The notes under the pieces are model-generated. The model saw nothing but the letters and a program-made list of their open reading frames with translations. It searched no databases and was not told where the DNA came from. Shown one piece after another: positions 1-10,187 of a stretch of DNA of 64,000 nt. Position 1 is the stretch's first letter, and each line of letters begins with the position of its first letter. Both the position numbers and the translations under genes were made by a program. This DNA comes from Pirellulales bacterium. Its GTDB lineage: Bacteria; Planctomycetota; Planctomycetia; Pirellulales; S012-138. The stretch spans positions 6,748 to 70,747 of the forward strand of contig JALCBR010000007.1 in the NCBI GenBank assembly GCA_028066245.1, read 5' to 3'.

Positions 1-12
1 GTGCCGGAAACT

Positions 13-1104
13 CTACAAGTTGCCGCGTGCTTCCTGCTCGCGCTCAATAGCTTCAAACAAGCTTTTGAAGTTGCCTTTGCCGAAGGAATCTGAACCGCGA
101 CGCTGAATGATCTCATAGAACAGCGTCGGGCGGTCCTCAACCGGCTTGGTGAACAGTTGGAGCAAATAACCTTTGTCATCGCGGTCGATCAGGATGCCAA
201 GATCTCTCAGCGCTTGGTGATCTTCTGTGATATCGCCCACCCGGTCCCAGACAACGTCATAGTAGGAATCCGGCACCCGAAGGAACTCCACACCATTATC
301 TTTGAGGATGGTCACGGTGTGAATGATATCGCTGGTTGTCAAAGCGATGTGTTGCACGCCAGCACCGACGTTGTAGTCGATGTACTCGGCAATCTGGCTC
401 TTACGTTTGCCTTCAGCCGGTTCATTGATCGGGAATTTGATCTTGCCCGTCGCGTCGGCCATGACCTTGCTGCGCAAGGCGGAGAACTCGGTATTAATAT
501 CCTTGTCGTCAAAGCTCATGAACTGATGAAAACCCAACACTTTGTTGTAGTAGGTTCCCCAGTCATTCATCTTGCCGTCTTCTACGTTGCCCACGATGTG
601 GTCAATCATGTTCAATCCAGCGTTTGGCGCGGGCTTCCGCCGCTCTTGGTATCCCGGCAGGAATAACCCGTTATAGTCAGCCAAAGAAACGAAGGAGTGC
701 AACGTATCGCCATAGGCGCGAATCTTGGCGCGGCGGACGCGGCCGTTGCCATCGGCCATGTCATACGGTTCCTTGGCGGACTCAGCTCCGCGCTCAACCG
801 CGGTTTGGTAGCAGGCGTCGACGTCGTCCACCAAGAAAGCGATGTCCAGCACGCCGTCTCCGTGCTTTCTCAAGTGCTCGGCCATGTCATCGGTGGGGAA
901 CATCGGCGTTGTCACCGCCAGCCTGATCCGGCCTTGCTTCATGATGTAAGATGCCTGGTCTTTTACGCCCGTCTCTGGACCGGCGTAGGCAACCTGCGAA
1001 AAGCCAAAAGCTTTGCGGTAGTAGTAAGCCGCTTGTTTGGCATTGCCGACAAGAATTTCAACGTGGTGGATTTCCTTGAGTGGCAGCGGATCGGACATCG
1101 ACAT
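13..1104 (-). CDS. hppD: 4-hydroxyphenylpyruvate dioxygenase
   Basis: 363-aa ORF. It has a VOC-fold N-terminus (HHVEILVGNAKQAAYYY) and the C-terminal HPPD signature PINEPAEGKRKSQI..GAGVQHIAL..LLQLFTKP..FYEIIQRRG..FGKGNFKSLFEAIEREQ. Confidence 0.9.
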   Translation of the reverse strand: MSMSDPLPLKEIHHVEILVGNAKQAAYYYRKAFGFSQVAYAGPETGVKDQASYIMKQGRIRLAVTTPMFPTDDMAEHLRKHGDGVLDIAFLVDDVDACYQTAVERGAESAKEPYDMADGNGRVRRAKIRAYGDTLHSFVSLADYNGLFLPGYQERRKPAPNAGLNMIDHIVGNVEDGKMNDWGTYYNKVLGFHQFMSFDDKDINTEFSALRSKVMADATGKIKFPINEPAEGKRKSQIAEYIDYNVGAGVQHIALTTSDIIHTVTILKDNGVEFLRVPDSYYDVVWDRVGDITEDHQALRDLGILIDRDDKGYLLQLFTKPVEDRPTLFYEIIQRRGSDSFGKGNFKSLFEAIEREQEARGNL

Positions 1105-1389
1105 CTCTCCTTAACGGGTCTGCGAACTGATGATCAACCGTAGACTGCGATTGACAATACGTCTGGATGGTGGAATTGCCCACGAGTAAAGATGGCCCAA
1201 ACCAATCGTATTCTAAGGCACGAGCTTCAGATGACAAAGAGTCGCCAATGGTTCTCCTCTGGTGACATGCCCCCAAAAAGCTGGCCATCTGCATGGATTG
1301 CGCGGCGCAGGGAACCGAGCTTCACTGAAACGCCTTCATAGTGTTTCATCCGGGACAGGTGTGAGCGAATCTCCTTACGCCTCTGTTGT

Positions 1390-3435
1390 TTATTGTTTGT
1401 GTCGCTGACGGAACCAGGCAGCCCTGGCCCGAGCTTGAGGGACATAGAGCGGACTGGTTTCGTTCTCGTACAACGCGAGTGCTCGCTCTCGGAGAGAATT
1501 GATCTCGTCCTGCTGTGCCACCGTATCTTCAGTAGGCGTTTCCGAAAGTTCTCGCTCCTTTTGATTGGCAAACTCCTCCATTGAACGCCCCAAGTTGTAC
1601 CTCGCCATTGGCGCGAAGAGTGACTGGGCGAATTCCTGCCGATCAAGGAATCGCTCACTGAAATAGACAACGGCCTCCTGGAAACTGCTCTTCTGAAAAT
1701 GGAGCAATCCCAACCAGTACGTGGCTAACTCGCGAGACTTCCTTTTTCCAGGAACGATCTGATCGTTGTACTGGAGTTCCATATCAGCACGCTGCCGATT
1801 CTCATTTGACTCGCCAGCATTGGCGAGGATGGCCTTGAGCTCTTCGGCTCGCTGGTCAAACGCTGCCTGCATTTCGCTCAGTTGATCTGCGGATGGCCTG
1901 GCCTTCTGATAAAACCAACTTGCGGACCGGTCACCGCCCAAGTTTCCTTCAAAGTACCTCAATCGTGCCCTCAGGAGCACGTCCAACAACGTTTCAACCT
2001 TGGCCCGTCTTTGTTCTTCGAGCCGCCGCTTATACTCTTCGATTTGCTCAGGCGACATGTCTTGATTGACGTTGAGCATCGCCTCTTGTGCTTGCAGGTT
2101 GATGATCCCTTCCACAGACTGTGTCACATGCTGTTCAGGCAAGAAGAAGGGAGCCATCTCGCTGCCTGCTCGGGCGATCAACTGCTGAGTCTTTCTTTGC
2201 ACGCTGGCGGGATCATCCCGCCGTACTCGCAACGCTTGAGCTTGTTGAAACTGGCGTGTAGAGAACATTCCCCATGGCATGACCGCTGTGATGTTTGGAA
2301 CCTGCTGGAGTGCTTCTGCAATCTCAATCGGCTTCGTGAACAGGACAACCGAATGAGACTTGCCTTTCACCTCTGTTTGCGATGAACTGCGGCCCGGGTT
2401 GTCCGCTGAACCAGATCTGAGCCTCCCAACCAGATGGTTCTCCAAGACAAACATCCGCCGCGTCAAGAAGTGAGGCGAAGCTTCAATCATCGCCACAGCG
2501 GATTGCAATTCAACAGCACCGACGGGATATGGTCGCCCAGGTAAGTCGAATGCCCTCAGCGGGCTTTCATCGGCAATGACATCTTTCAGTGTGGCGATGC
2601 TTCCGTCGGCGTTGAAAACCGGCATTCCATATTCATGGTCAAACAAGTAGAGCTTGTCATTGATCAAGACGGCTGGAATCCAAGGCTTTACGACGCTGGT
2701 CTCCGCTTCGTTGGCGCCTGTTGCACTGGCTCCATTCGTCTTATAGCCCAGCATGACGGCGTCAAAGCCTGCTTGCCGGCAAAGCAGCGTAAAAATCCAC
2801 GCGCGATCAATGACTCGCCCGCGACCGTGCAACAGGATTTGCCAGGGGAAATAGGGAACAGAGTCATCCTCAGCTTCCAAAGCGATGTTGCGTACCGTCC
2901 AATCCAGGAGTCTCTGAACCTGTGCAAGTTTTGGATCGCTGTCTTGAGCCGGGTGAAGCCGCGCCTGATGTTCGATCAAATGAGCGACTTGGCTAAGCCA
3001 CAACGATTCCTGGATCGCGAATCCATCAGCAGGATTAAACTCCATCAAGGCGAAATCAGGCATGCCCGCCATCTGACGCTGCTGGGGAGTGAGATTGGCG
3101 TTGAAGAATTCAGAAATGAATGGGTCTTCCCGCCAAGGTTGCTTGTCATCGAGATGGCGAACCCACTGATTGAGCCTTTCAGAAATCGTCACAGCAACAT
3201 CGGTGACTCGCGAGTCTTCCGCTTCGTTGAGCGTATCGACAACAAACTGGAAGATCCTGCCTTGCTGCTCAGCCGCGCTGAGCACGGGGACTGCGCCCGA
3301 CTTTGAAGACCTCAGGCTACTGGCCCAAAGGATCAGGAAAACAAGCGCGATAGCCACCGCGGAGTACAACCAAGGATGACGCCAGAAACGCGATTTGACA
3401 GTCTCCATGATCGAACGGTGTTCAATCGATGACAT
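1390..3435 (-). CDS. membrane-anchored hypothetical protein with a transglutaminase-like core and a helical C-terminal region
   Basis: 681-aa ORF with one N-terminal TM helix ([17 protein letters not shown]). The segment [26 protein letters not shown]...LYLFDHEYG resembles a transglutaminase-like core, but no Cys sits at the expected nucleophile position. Its start overlaps the kdsA stop by 14 nt. Confidence 0.55.
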   Translation of the reverse strand: MSSIEHRSIMETVKSRFWRHPWLYSAVAIALVFLILWASSLRSSKSGAVPVLSAAEQQGRIFQFVVDTLNEAEDSRVTDVAVTISERLNQWVRHLDDKQPWREDPFISEFFNANLTPQQRQMAGMPDFALMEFNPADGFAIQESLWLSQVAHLIEHQARLHPAQDSDPKLAQVQRLLDWTVRNIALEAEDDSVPYFPWQILLHGRGRVIDRAWIFTLLCRQAGFDAVMLGYKTNGASATGANEAETSVVKPWIPAVLINDKLYLFDHEYGMPVFNADGSIATLKDVIADESPLRAFDLPGRPYPVGAVELQSAVAMIEASPHFLTRRMFVLENHLVGRLRSGSADNPGRSSSQTEVKGKSHSVVLFTKPIEIAEALQQVPNITAVMPWGMFSTRQFQQAQALRVRRDDPASVQRKTQQLIARAGSEMAPFFLPEQHVTQSVEGIINLQAQEAMLNVNQDMSPEQIEEYKRRLEEQRRAKVETLLDVLLRARLRYFEGNLGGDRSASWFYQKARPSADQLSEMQAAFDQRAEELKAILANAGESNENRQRADMELQYNDQIVPGKRKSRELATYWLGLLHFQKSSFQEAVVYFSERFLDRQEFAQSLFAPMARYNLGRSMEEFANQKERELSETPTEDTVAQQDEINSLRERALALYENETSPLYVPQARARAAWFRQRHKQ

Positions 3436-4315
3436 CTAAACTCTCCACAGCTTCACGAATGACTCTTATCCGACGGACGAGTGCACCGAATTGATCAAGT
3501 GGGACCATGTTTGGCCCATCACTTGGCGAATTGTCCGGGGCCGGGTGGGTTTCAAAGAACAGGGCATCTGCACCGGCGGCGACTGCGGCGCGAGCCAACG
3601 GCTCAACCATCTCACGATGACCGCCTGTTGATGTTCCCAGCCCCCCCGGCTCTTGAACGCTATGCGTCGCATCAAACACAACCGGGACACCAAGCTCCTG
3701 CATTTGTGGAATCGCACGCATGTCATTGATCAATCGTCCATAGCCGAAAGACGTTCCCCGTTCGCACAACAGAACATTCGCGCACTCCCCCATTTTGAGC
3801 TTATCGACCACGTTCCGCATATCCCAAGGCGCAGCGAACTGGGGCTTCTTGACGTTGACCGCGCGTCCCGTTTCAGCGGCAGCCATCAGCAAATCGGTTT
3901 GTCGGGCGAGAAAAGCCGGGATTTGCAAGAGATCGCAAACTTCCGCCACAGGGGCAGCTTGCTCCGGAAGGTGGATATCCGTGGTTACCGGTATGTCCAA
4001 CGTCTGCTTCACATCTCCCAGGATCTGCAAGCCATCTCGGATGCCTACGCCGCGAAAGGACTGCACGCTCGTCCGGTTGGCTTTGTCGAAAGAAGCTTTG
4101 AACACCAGCGGCAGGTTCTCTTGAGCTGAAATCTCTTGCAGGCGATGAGCGATCTCCAGCGTGAGATCGCGAGATTCCATCACGCATGGCCCGGCAATGA
4201 GCATGAGTTTTCTGGCCGACCCGCACTCAATGTCAGCAATCCGCGCCAACCTGCGGTCTGGAGCGCTGGATTGAGAGTTCGACTGGATCGGGTTCATCTT
4301 CGTTGATGAATTCAT
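3422..4315 (-). CDS. kdsA: 3-deoxy-8-phosphooctulonate (Kdo8P) synthase
   Basis: KdsA motifs are present throughout: [75 protein letters not shown] chose the ATG at 4315 because it forms an ATGA overlap with the upstream gene's stop. The ORF remains open up to 4372. Confidence 0.9.
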   Translation of the reverse strand: MNSSTKMNPIQSNSQSSAPDRRLARIADIECGSARKLMLIAGPCVMESRDLTLEIAHRLQEISAQENLPLVFKASFDKANRTSVQSFRGVGIRDGLQILGDVKQTLDIPVTTDIHLPEQAAPVAEVCDLLQIPAFLARQTDLLMAAAETGRAVNVKKPQFAAPWDMRNVVDKLKMGECANVLLCERGTSFGYGRLINDMRAIPQMQELGVPVVFDATHSVQEPGGLGTSTGGHREMVEPLARAAVAAGADALFFETHPAPDNSPSDGPNMVPLDQFGALVRRIRVIREAVESLDVID

Positions 4316-5325
4316 GACGTGGCAAAGTGAAAGTCGCGTGGCGCCAGGATCGTCATTCGTTGTGGACAACACTCAATTTCTGCCGGCGCGAACCCGAAGG
4401 GGTCGCCGTCGATCTGGATCGGCACTTCGCCATCTGTCTCAACGCGAAATTGCGCCGCCTTGCCAGAAGTGACATCAGCAGAGCGATGGTGCAGCCCTGT
4501 GAGCACCATTGTAAGGTATTTGATGCCTTTCGCGGCAGACCCGCCACGGAACGTGCAGTAGTCCAGCAAACCATCGCGACAATCAGCCTGCGGCGAAATC
4601 TTGAGCCCACCGCCGTACGCAGGGCAATTGAAGATGAAGAACCAACGAGCAGCAACGCGCGTCTGCTCTACCCCGCTCGCATCCAAACACGAGATCTGCA
4701 TCTCCGGATATTGATAACTACGGAGCGACTGGACGATCGGTTTCAGATAGCTCCAATGCCGGATATGCCCCGAGCGCGCCAGCTGAAGACGTCTCACCAC
4801 GTCCGCATCAAAGCCGAAGCCTGCCATCAAGAAAAAGAGACGCGAGGTTCGTGCGCTCATGTCCGCGTGATCATGCCCCCGGGATGAGCCGTTGCTCGCG
4901 GGCCCCCTCGTCACGGTAATCCGAGCGACGTCCAGGCACACCGAACGACCATGAATGAGAGTTTCTGCGACTTTCTCGGCGGTCGCTTTATTTTGCCCCA
5001 AAAACTTACCCATCAGGTTCTCGGTTCCCCGAGGCAACATCGCCAAGGGAAGTCGCGGAGGCGTCCTGTTCAGCAACTCCGCCATCGTTCCGTCACCTCC
5101 AACTCCGACAAGCGCCCTCAGTTTGTCCGTGCAGTGGAGTTCGATAGCACGAGCTGAGATTTCCTTGAGGTCAGTCATCACCTCTGGAAACAACCCAGCA
5201 GCTTTGAGCAGCGCCTGGAGGTCGGAGATATCGCCCGATTGCGAAACCGCTCCAGCGAAAGGGTTTACGGCAATCACGACGTGTCGGCGTTCTTCAAGAT
5301 TTGCCATAAGGATCCTAGGCGACAC
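4312..5325 (-). CDS. diacylglycerol-kinase-family lipid kinase (YegS/BmrU-like)
   Basis: 337-aa ORF with DAGK catalytic-domain motifs [10 protein letters not shown] and [15 protein letters not shown]. It is translationally coupled to kdsA through an ATGA overlap. Confidence 0.8.
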   Translation of the reverse strand: MSPRILMANLEERRHVVIAVNPFAGAVSQSGDISDLQALLKAAGLFPEVMTDLKEISARAIELHCTDKLRALVGVGGDGTMAELLNRTPPRLPLAMLPRGTENLMGKFLGQNKATAEKVAETLIHGRSVCLDVARITVTRGPASNGSSRGHDHADMSARTSRLFFLMAGFGFDADVVRRLQLARSGHIRHWSYLKPIVQSLRSYQYPEMQISCLDASGVEQTRVAARWFFIFNCPAYGGGLKISPQADCRDGLLDYCTFRGGSAAKGIKYLTMVLTGLHHRSADVTSGKAAQFRVETDGEVPIQIDGDPFGFAPAEIECCPQRMTILAPRDFHFATS

Positions 5326-5832
5326 CCGGCCGAATTCTCAACGCCACAACGGCCCGGCAGAGTGAGAACCCCTCTTAAGTCTCAAACTGAGACAAATTTC
5401 AGGTCGGATTCACTGGTGTACCAATTCACGACAGAAGCGTGAAGCTCACAGCGTCCGACACGCTTCCCGACAAAATTTCTCGAAATGAGACAACAAGGGC
5501 ATGTGACATAAGCACCTTGAAATAAACAGTTTGAGTCAATTCGATGAAAAACTGATCCAGTTTGACGTGTTTGGCCCGATTGCTGCTTTCTTCCGAGTCA
5601 ATTGACTGGCCCGCGGGGCCTCAAGCGAGCTGTTCGGGTTTGTGGTTCACTGCCCCTGGCCATATTCCCCTGCCAAGTGTATTTGGCGCGCTTGAGGTCC
5701 CTTTTTTATGCGCAGATCGTCTAACCCCCATCACCGCCGGCTTTCTCTCGGTTTCCAGTGAATTTCAGATGCTAGCCTTAAGGTGTCGTCGCAGTAGACG
5801 CCGTGCGGACCGAAACGCCTAAGGTTGAGCAC

Positions 5833-6426
5833 ATGGCCGAGAACAAAGAAGAACCGGAAACAACAGAAGCCCCCGCAAAAACAGGGCTGAAACAACGGAT
5901 CGCGCAGTTCGGCAAATCACTTGTCGACCGTTGCTTACGGCCGCGCGTGATGCTCTCGTTGGCCGTTTCTTCATTTGTCATCCACAGCGCTCTCTACTGG
6001 TACTACTCAACGCTGCCGACAGACCATTCTCGCGAAGTCGCGTTGGGGGAATTTCATTACGTCGCATACACTTCGGACGGCTCTATTGCAGAAGCAGCGC
6101 TAGTTTCGAGCGCTGATTTCGAGTTGCACGTGATTCTGATCCCGACAGTTGAGGAGCGAGCCCGAAAGCTCATTACGTTGCGCGAGCGGAAATTACGCCA
6201 AGAGATTGAAGAACTCATTCGCCAATCGAGAGATAGCGAGTTTGCCGATCCACTGCTCGTCGAACTCAAAAGGCGCCTGCTGGGGCAAATTAATCACACA
6301 TTGGGGATCAAGGCGATCGAAGAGGTGCTGATTACCGAACTGCAACTCTCCCAGCGAGAAGCTGAATCGCCGTCGCCGAACGAGTCAGAGGCAATCACAG
6401 CAGCGGTTACTGTCCGCAATAACTAG
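5833..6426 (+). CDS. FliL-like flagellar basal-body-associated protein (putative)
   Basis: 197 aa from the ATG at 5833. It has a charged N-terminus, one TM helix (VMLSLAVSSFVIHSALYWYY) and then the FliL-type pattern LGEFHYVAY..FELHVILIP..LRQEIEELIRQ..LKRRLLGQINHTLG..IEEVLITELQL. The assignment rests on pattern only. Confidence 0.5.
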   Translation: MAENKEEPETTEAPAKTGLKQRIAQFGKSLVDRCLRPRVMLSLAVSSFVIHSALYWYYSTLPTDHSREVALGEFHYVAYTSDGSIAEAALVSSADFELHVILIPTVEERARKLITLRERKLRQEIEELIRQSRDSEFADPLLVELKRRLLGQINHTLGIKAIEEVLITELQLSQREAESPSPNESEAITAAVTVRNN

Positions 6427-6710
6427 CTGAGCTTCTTGCAATTGCAGGCCACGTCGCCGATCCTCACAGGGCTTGCTATCAACGCTGGCACTTCTACCAC
6501 CCGTCCATTGATGCGGTGCGTCAAATGACTACCACGTCTGGTTTTGAGTAGGAAGGCGTGTTTGCATGTTGGCGGTCGCGGCTCCGTTCGTATTGACGCG
6601 ATATTGCCGCACCGTGATACTGTCGCCCCGCCCAAGAAACGATCGGAAGGATTCTAGGTTTTGCTTGCCTTTCAAGCAAAAGACATCGTTTTGCCAAATG
6701 CGGAGCGCGC

Positions 6711-8726
6711 ATGGACGCACGGTCTTCCATTTTTCGCCGAGTCTTTGCCATCGGCAGGCTGGTGCGCACGTCGAAAGACGTGCGTCAAATCGGCGAGTCG
6801 GGACCGGCGACAGGGACTCACGAACACGTCTGGAAGCATGACCGTGCAATGCTCGTCAGCTTGGCCGCTGGCCTGGCTGTCATTTTAGTCACGGCCAAGT
6901 TTCTCCTGCTGCCGTATGAAGTTTCCACATTTGGCGAGTTCGTTCGTTATTGCTTGCGCCTGGCAATCGTTTTTGCCGGAGACATCTTCTTCGTCTTTGC
7001 TTTGACGTTCACCGTGGGCGCAATCGGTCGTTGGGCCATTCGCAGTAAATGGACGGCCTGGCCCTGGAGAATCGCAACGGTCCTGCTGTTTGAAATTGCA
7101 GGCTTGTATACGGTGCTGGCGTTTCGCGTGTTCATGAAGACGACGGAGATGATCACGATCCGCATGCTCTCCTTCATGGGCGAGCCGGGGATAATGCTGT
7201 CGTCGTTTGAGCGCTACCTCACCCATCGGATGGTCATCTTGTTCTGTGTGATTTGCGGAGGATTGCTGATTGTTCCGCTTGTCGGCAGATACCTGGCGCG
7301 TATGAAACTGTTACCCGCCCTGACTTGGAAGACGATGGGCGCTGGCATGGTGCTCGTCACGGCCTATGCCGGCGTTTGCAAGGCCTACATCAATGACCAA
7401 TGGACGGATCCCAATCGATGGGAACTGAGGATTTCAGATAATCCGCAGTCCACGTTGCTGCTCTCATATCTGAAGTCGTTGGCTCGTGATGAGGAGCTCC
7501 TGTCGCTCGATGATTTCGGTGAGATCGACGTGAGCGATTTCCAAGGCAGCGAGCATCTGGCAATCGAGTTACCTGCTGGAGTGCAGCGTCCCAAGAACGT
7601 CTTGATGATTGTGATGGAGTCCGTTGGGGCAGAGTACCTCAACCTGTATGGCTCCAAGCACGAGACCATGCCCAACCTTGCCGCCGCCGCTGCGGAGAAT
7701 GGTGTCATTTTTGAGAACTTCTATATCCAAGTTCCCTACAGTTGCAAAAGCCTGGTCTCGTTAACAACGAGCGTTTATCCGCGCAGCGACTGGAATCTCA
7801 TCGTCCGCGACAGGACCGACCTTCCGGTCCCCACGATTGCCGAACAGCTTGCCGATAATGGGTATCGAGCGGCGTTTCTGCACAGCGGCTATTGGAGCTG
7901 GAAGTACCGCGACCAGTTCTTTGGTCGTGACGAGCGCGTCGAGTTGATTGACGCCACCACGCTGCCTGGCCCTTACGTCAACAGTTGGGGTAAATCAGAT
8001 ACCGTAATGTATGAAGCCGCATTGGATTGGATGGAAAACGGCGGCGATGATCCATTCTTCCTGTTTGCCTTTACCATTGAGACCCACCACCCGTACTCCA
8101 GCGACGGCAAATACTCATTTGATGTTCGCAAAAAAAATGGCGAACTTGATCGATACTTGAACGCCATTCGCGAAGCGGATGCCAAAATTGGCTGGGTGTT
8201 GCAGGAACTCAAGGATCGTGGCTTAGATGAATCGACGCTTGTCGTCGTAACGTCTGACCATGGAGAGGCCTTTGGTCAGCATGGGCAATGGATCCACGGT
8301 TTCGGCTGTTATCAGCCAAACATGCAAGTGCCACTGGTGATGTTGCACCCCAGCCTGAAGCACATGCCACGGCGGAATGCGTCCGTTCGTCAACAGATTG
8401 ACGTTCCGCCAACCTTGGCATCCTTGTTAGACGTCGATCCCTCACCGCTCTGGCAAGGCAAGAATCTCTTTCGGCAGGGAGCGGATAACCGCGCCTATTT
8501 CTTCTCGCTAGGCGGCAGGTCCGTTGTCGGCCTACGGGATGGTAAATTCAAATACATGTACTACGTCAACTCTGGATTCGAGCAACTCTTCGATATCGAC
8601 CGTGATCCCCAAGAGTTAGAAAACCTTGCCGCACAGCATCCGCAACGCTGCGATGGCTACCGCAAACGGGTAGGCGGGTTCATTGGCTATCAACGCAACT
8701 TCTTTAAAGACATGGGAGCCTGGTAG
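6711..8726 (+). CDS. LTA-synthase/sulfatase-family membrane phosphotransferase
   Basis: 671-aa ORF with several N-terminal TM helices followed by an alkaline-phosphatase-superfamily domain (VLMIVMESVGAEYLNLYG, VVVTSDHGEAFGQHG). The start is uncertain, and an internal ATG at 6849 is possible. Confidence 0.75.
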   Translation: MDARSSIFRRVFAIGRLVRTSKDVRQIGESGPATGTHEHVWKHDRAMLVSLAAGLAVILVTAKFLLLPYEVSTFGEFVRYCLRLAIVFAGDIFFVFALTFTVGAIGRWAIRSKWTAWPWRIATVLLFEIAGLYTVLAFRVFMKTTEMITIRMLSFMGEPGIMLSSFERYLTHRMVILFCVICGGLLIVPLVGRYLARMKLLPALTWKTMGAGMVLVTAYAGVCKAYINDQWTDPNRWELRISDNPQSTLLLSYLKSLARDEELLSLDDFGEIDVSDFQGSEHLAIELPAGVQRPKNVLMIVMESVGAEYLNLYGSKHETMPNLAAAAAENGVIFENFYIQVPYSCKSLVSLTTSVYPRSDWNLIVRDRTDLPVPTIAEQLADNGYRAAFLHSGYWSWKYRDQFFGRDERVELIDATTLPGPYVNSWGKSDTVMYEAALDWMENGGDDPFFLFAFTIETHHPYSSDGKYSFDVRKKNGELDRYLNAIREADAKIGWVLQELKDRGLDESTLVVVTSDHGEAFGQHGQWIHGFGCYQPNMQVPLVMLHPSLKHMPRRNASVRQQIDVPPTLASLLDVDPSPLWQGKNLFRQGADNRAYFFSLGGRSVVGLRDGKFKYMYYVNSGFEQLFDIDRDPQELENLAAQHPQRCDGYRKRVGGFIGYQRNFFKDMGAW

Positions 8727-8730
8727 CGGC

Positions 8731-9096
8731 ATGCTTCGTCATCGTTTTCAGTTCTATCTGGCGCTGGCTGCGTTGACCTGCGCCTTGATTTCTGGCTGCT
8801 CCCAAAAAACGGCCGAAGACTTCAGCACGAAAGAAGGGTTCTCACAGTACCTGCGCGCCAACTGCGTGCGGAGCGAGTCGCACTTCAATCCACGGCCCAT
8901 GCGACTGAAAACACTCAGAACCATGACCGGCGAACCAGTCGCCGTTGCCGATGTCGACAAAGCCACACAAATGTGGCAGTTCGATTTTAAAGACGGCACG
9001 ATGGACCTGTATGTTGTCCTTGAACCAGGTGCTAGCTGGCGGGACAAATCACCCAAGGTGTTCATCGACATGCATCGGACGGGCCTGCTGCCCTAG
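8731..9096 (+). CDS. lipoprotein, function unknown
   Basis: The ATG at 8731 gives a 121-aa product with a signal peptide and lipobox (LTCALISGC). It begins 4 nt after the previous gene's stop. Confidence 0.6.
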   Translation: MLRHRFQFYLALAALTCALISGCSQKTAEDFSTKEGFSQYLRANCVRSESHFNPRPMRLKTLRTMTGEPVAVADVDKATQMWQFDFKDGTMDLYVVLEPGASWRDKSPKVFIDMHRTGLLP

Positions 9097-9182
9097 CGAA
9101 ACGCTTCGCTCGCCGGACAAGATTCCACTACTCCAGGCTCTGAGCCAAAGCCTGCCTGCCGCCGCCGTTGTTATCAACGCCC

Positions 9183-10094
9183 TCACTGGACCGCTGAACG
9201 GACGAGACCAGGCGCCTCGTCCGCCCGAGATGCGCGCAAAGAATTGAGTAGAGATTCAATCTCTTCATGCCGCTCCAACGTCTGTGAGATGATCAGTCTT
9301 CCAGCAAAGATCTTGAGCGATCCGTTACCTGTGCCTTCATCAGACCAGCCTTCGATGCCGGTGGAGGATGGCATTCTGAGGATGATGTCAATCAGCCGTT
9401 CTTCCGGCGTCATATCCCTGGCAGGAACTGGTGAGATCACCCACGGACGAGGCCCGTGGAAAGGGAAGACAGGTCCAACCTGCGAGACGAATCCTTTGAT
9501 TGCTGTTGTCTCGGCAGTCGCGTCGTCATTGGATCCCTTGGTTAGCCCTAGTGCTTGTAGCCGCTCAAGCGCCTGAAGGAGCTTCCGGTCAGTCCTTAGT
9601 AAATCAGCGCACTCGTAAACACGCGTGAACACTTGCTCTTGCGCTTTGTCGATTGACGAGATGACAAGTAGGCCTTCGTCAACGTAGATGCCCAATCGAG
9701 GAGGGAGTATCTTGCGCAGCGCCGCATTGATCTGAATGTCATTGAATGATGCGTTCAAGAACGTGGTGTCAGGGTCGACACGCACTTGGGCTAATCTGAC
9801 GTGATCGAGCGTCACCGAACATTCCAATACCTCCTCCAGAAGTTGCCGGAATTCCGTCAACGAGATGCCATCCAAGTGCAATCGCACGTGCTGCCTGAGC
9901 TTGGAGCGAACAACATCGCGTGCGTCGCGCCGCGTCAGCGTGCTCTGTCGCGGAATGGACTTCTCTTGAGAGTTCGCTTCCTTCGGCAAGAGCGTTTGAG
10001 TATCTGCGCAAGTTGAAAGTGCGCTGCGGGCGCAAGTTGAGCCAGTCCCCAACCCCAGCATCAGCAAGAGTACGGTCTGGCGGTCACAAATCAT
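9183..10094 (-). CDS. secreted hypothetical protein, tandem paralog A (STN-like N-terminal region, conserved GW.D.GTGNG C-terminus)
   Basis: The ORF is open to 10154. The ATG at 10094 is preceded by GAGGG 7 nt upstream and starts a signal peptide (MICDRQTVLLLMLGLGTGS). The protein is clearly homologous to the adjacent ORF at 10188-11147. Confidence 0.7.
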   Translation of the reverse strand: MICDRQTVLLLMLGLGTGSTCARSALSTCADTQTLLPKEANSQEKSIPRQSTLTRRDARDVVRSKLRQHVRLHLDGISLTEFRQLLEEVLECSVTLDHVRLAQVRVDPDTTFLNASFNDIQINAALRKILPPRLGIYVDEGLLVISSIDKAQEQVFTRVYECADLLRTDRKLLQALERLQALGLTKGSNDDATAETTAIKGFVSQVGPVFPFHGPRPWVISPVPARDMTPEERLIDIILRMPSSTGIEGWSDEGTGNGSLKIFAGRLIISQTLERHEEIESLLNSLRASRADEAPGLVRSAVQ

Positions 10095-10187
10095 CGATTG
10101 CCCTCTGGCTGAGTTGGTGTGATCCAAGCGAGAAGCACCAGCGGTCTCGGTCATTTGGGGTGACGTTCAAGATCCTCATTGCACGGC

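Noticed and set aside
157-1143. Long plus-strand ORFs (157-666, 624-926, 697-1143) antisense to hppD. Similar antisense ORFs run through most other genes.
   Set aside because: They fully overlap well-supported genes, translate to Arg/Pro/Gly-rich sequence with no motifs, and are the usual by-product of moderately high GC. No evidence supports real overlapping genes.
1151-1185. TTGACA-containing promoter-like sequence on the plus strand.
   Set aside because: No plus-strand gene lies downstream, since the neighbouring genes are both on the minus strand, and the -10 candidate is weak.
5657-5673. Sigma-54-like TGGC...TGC element upstream of the FliL-like gene.
   Set aside because: The GG-to-GC spacing is 14 nt where the -24/-12 consensus requires 12 nt.
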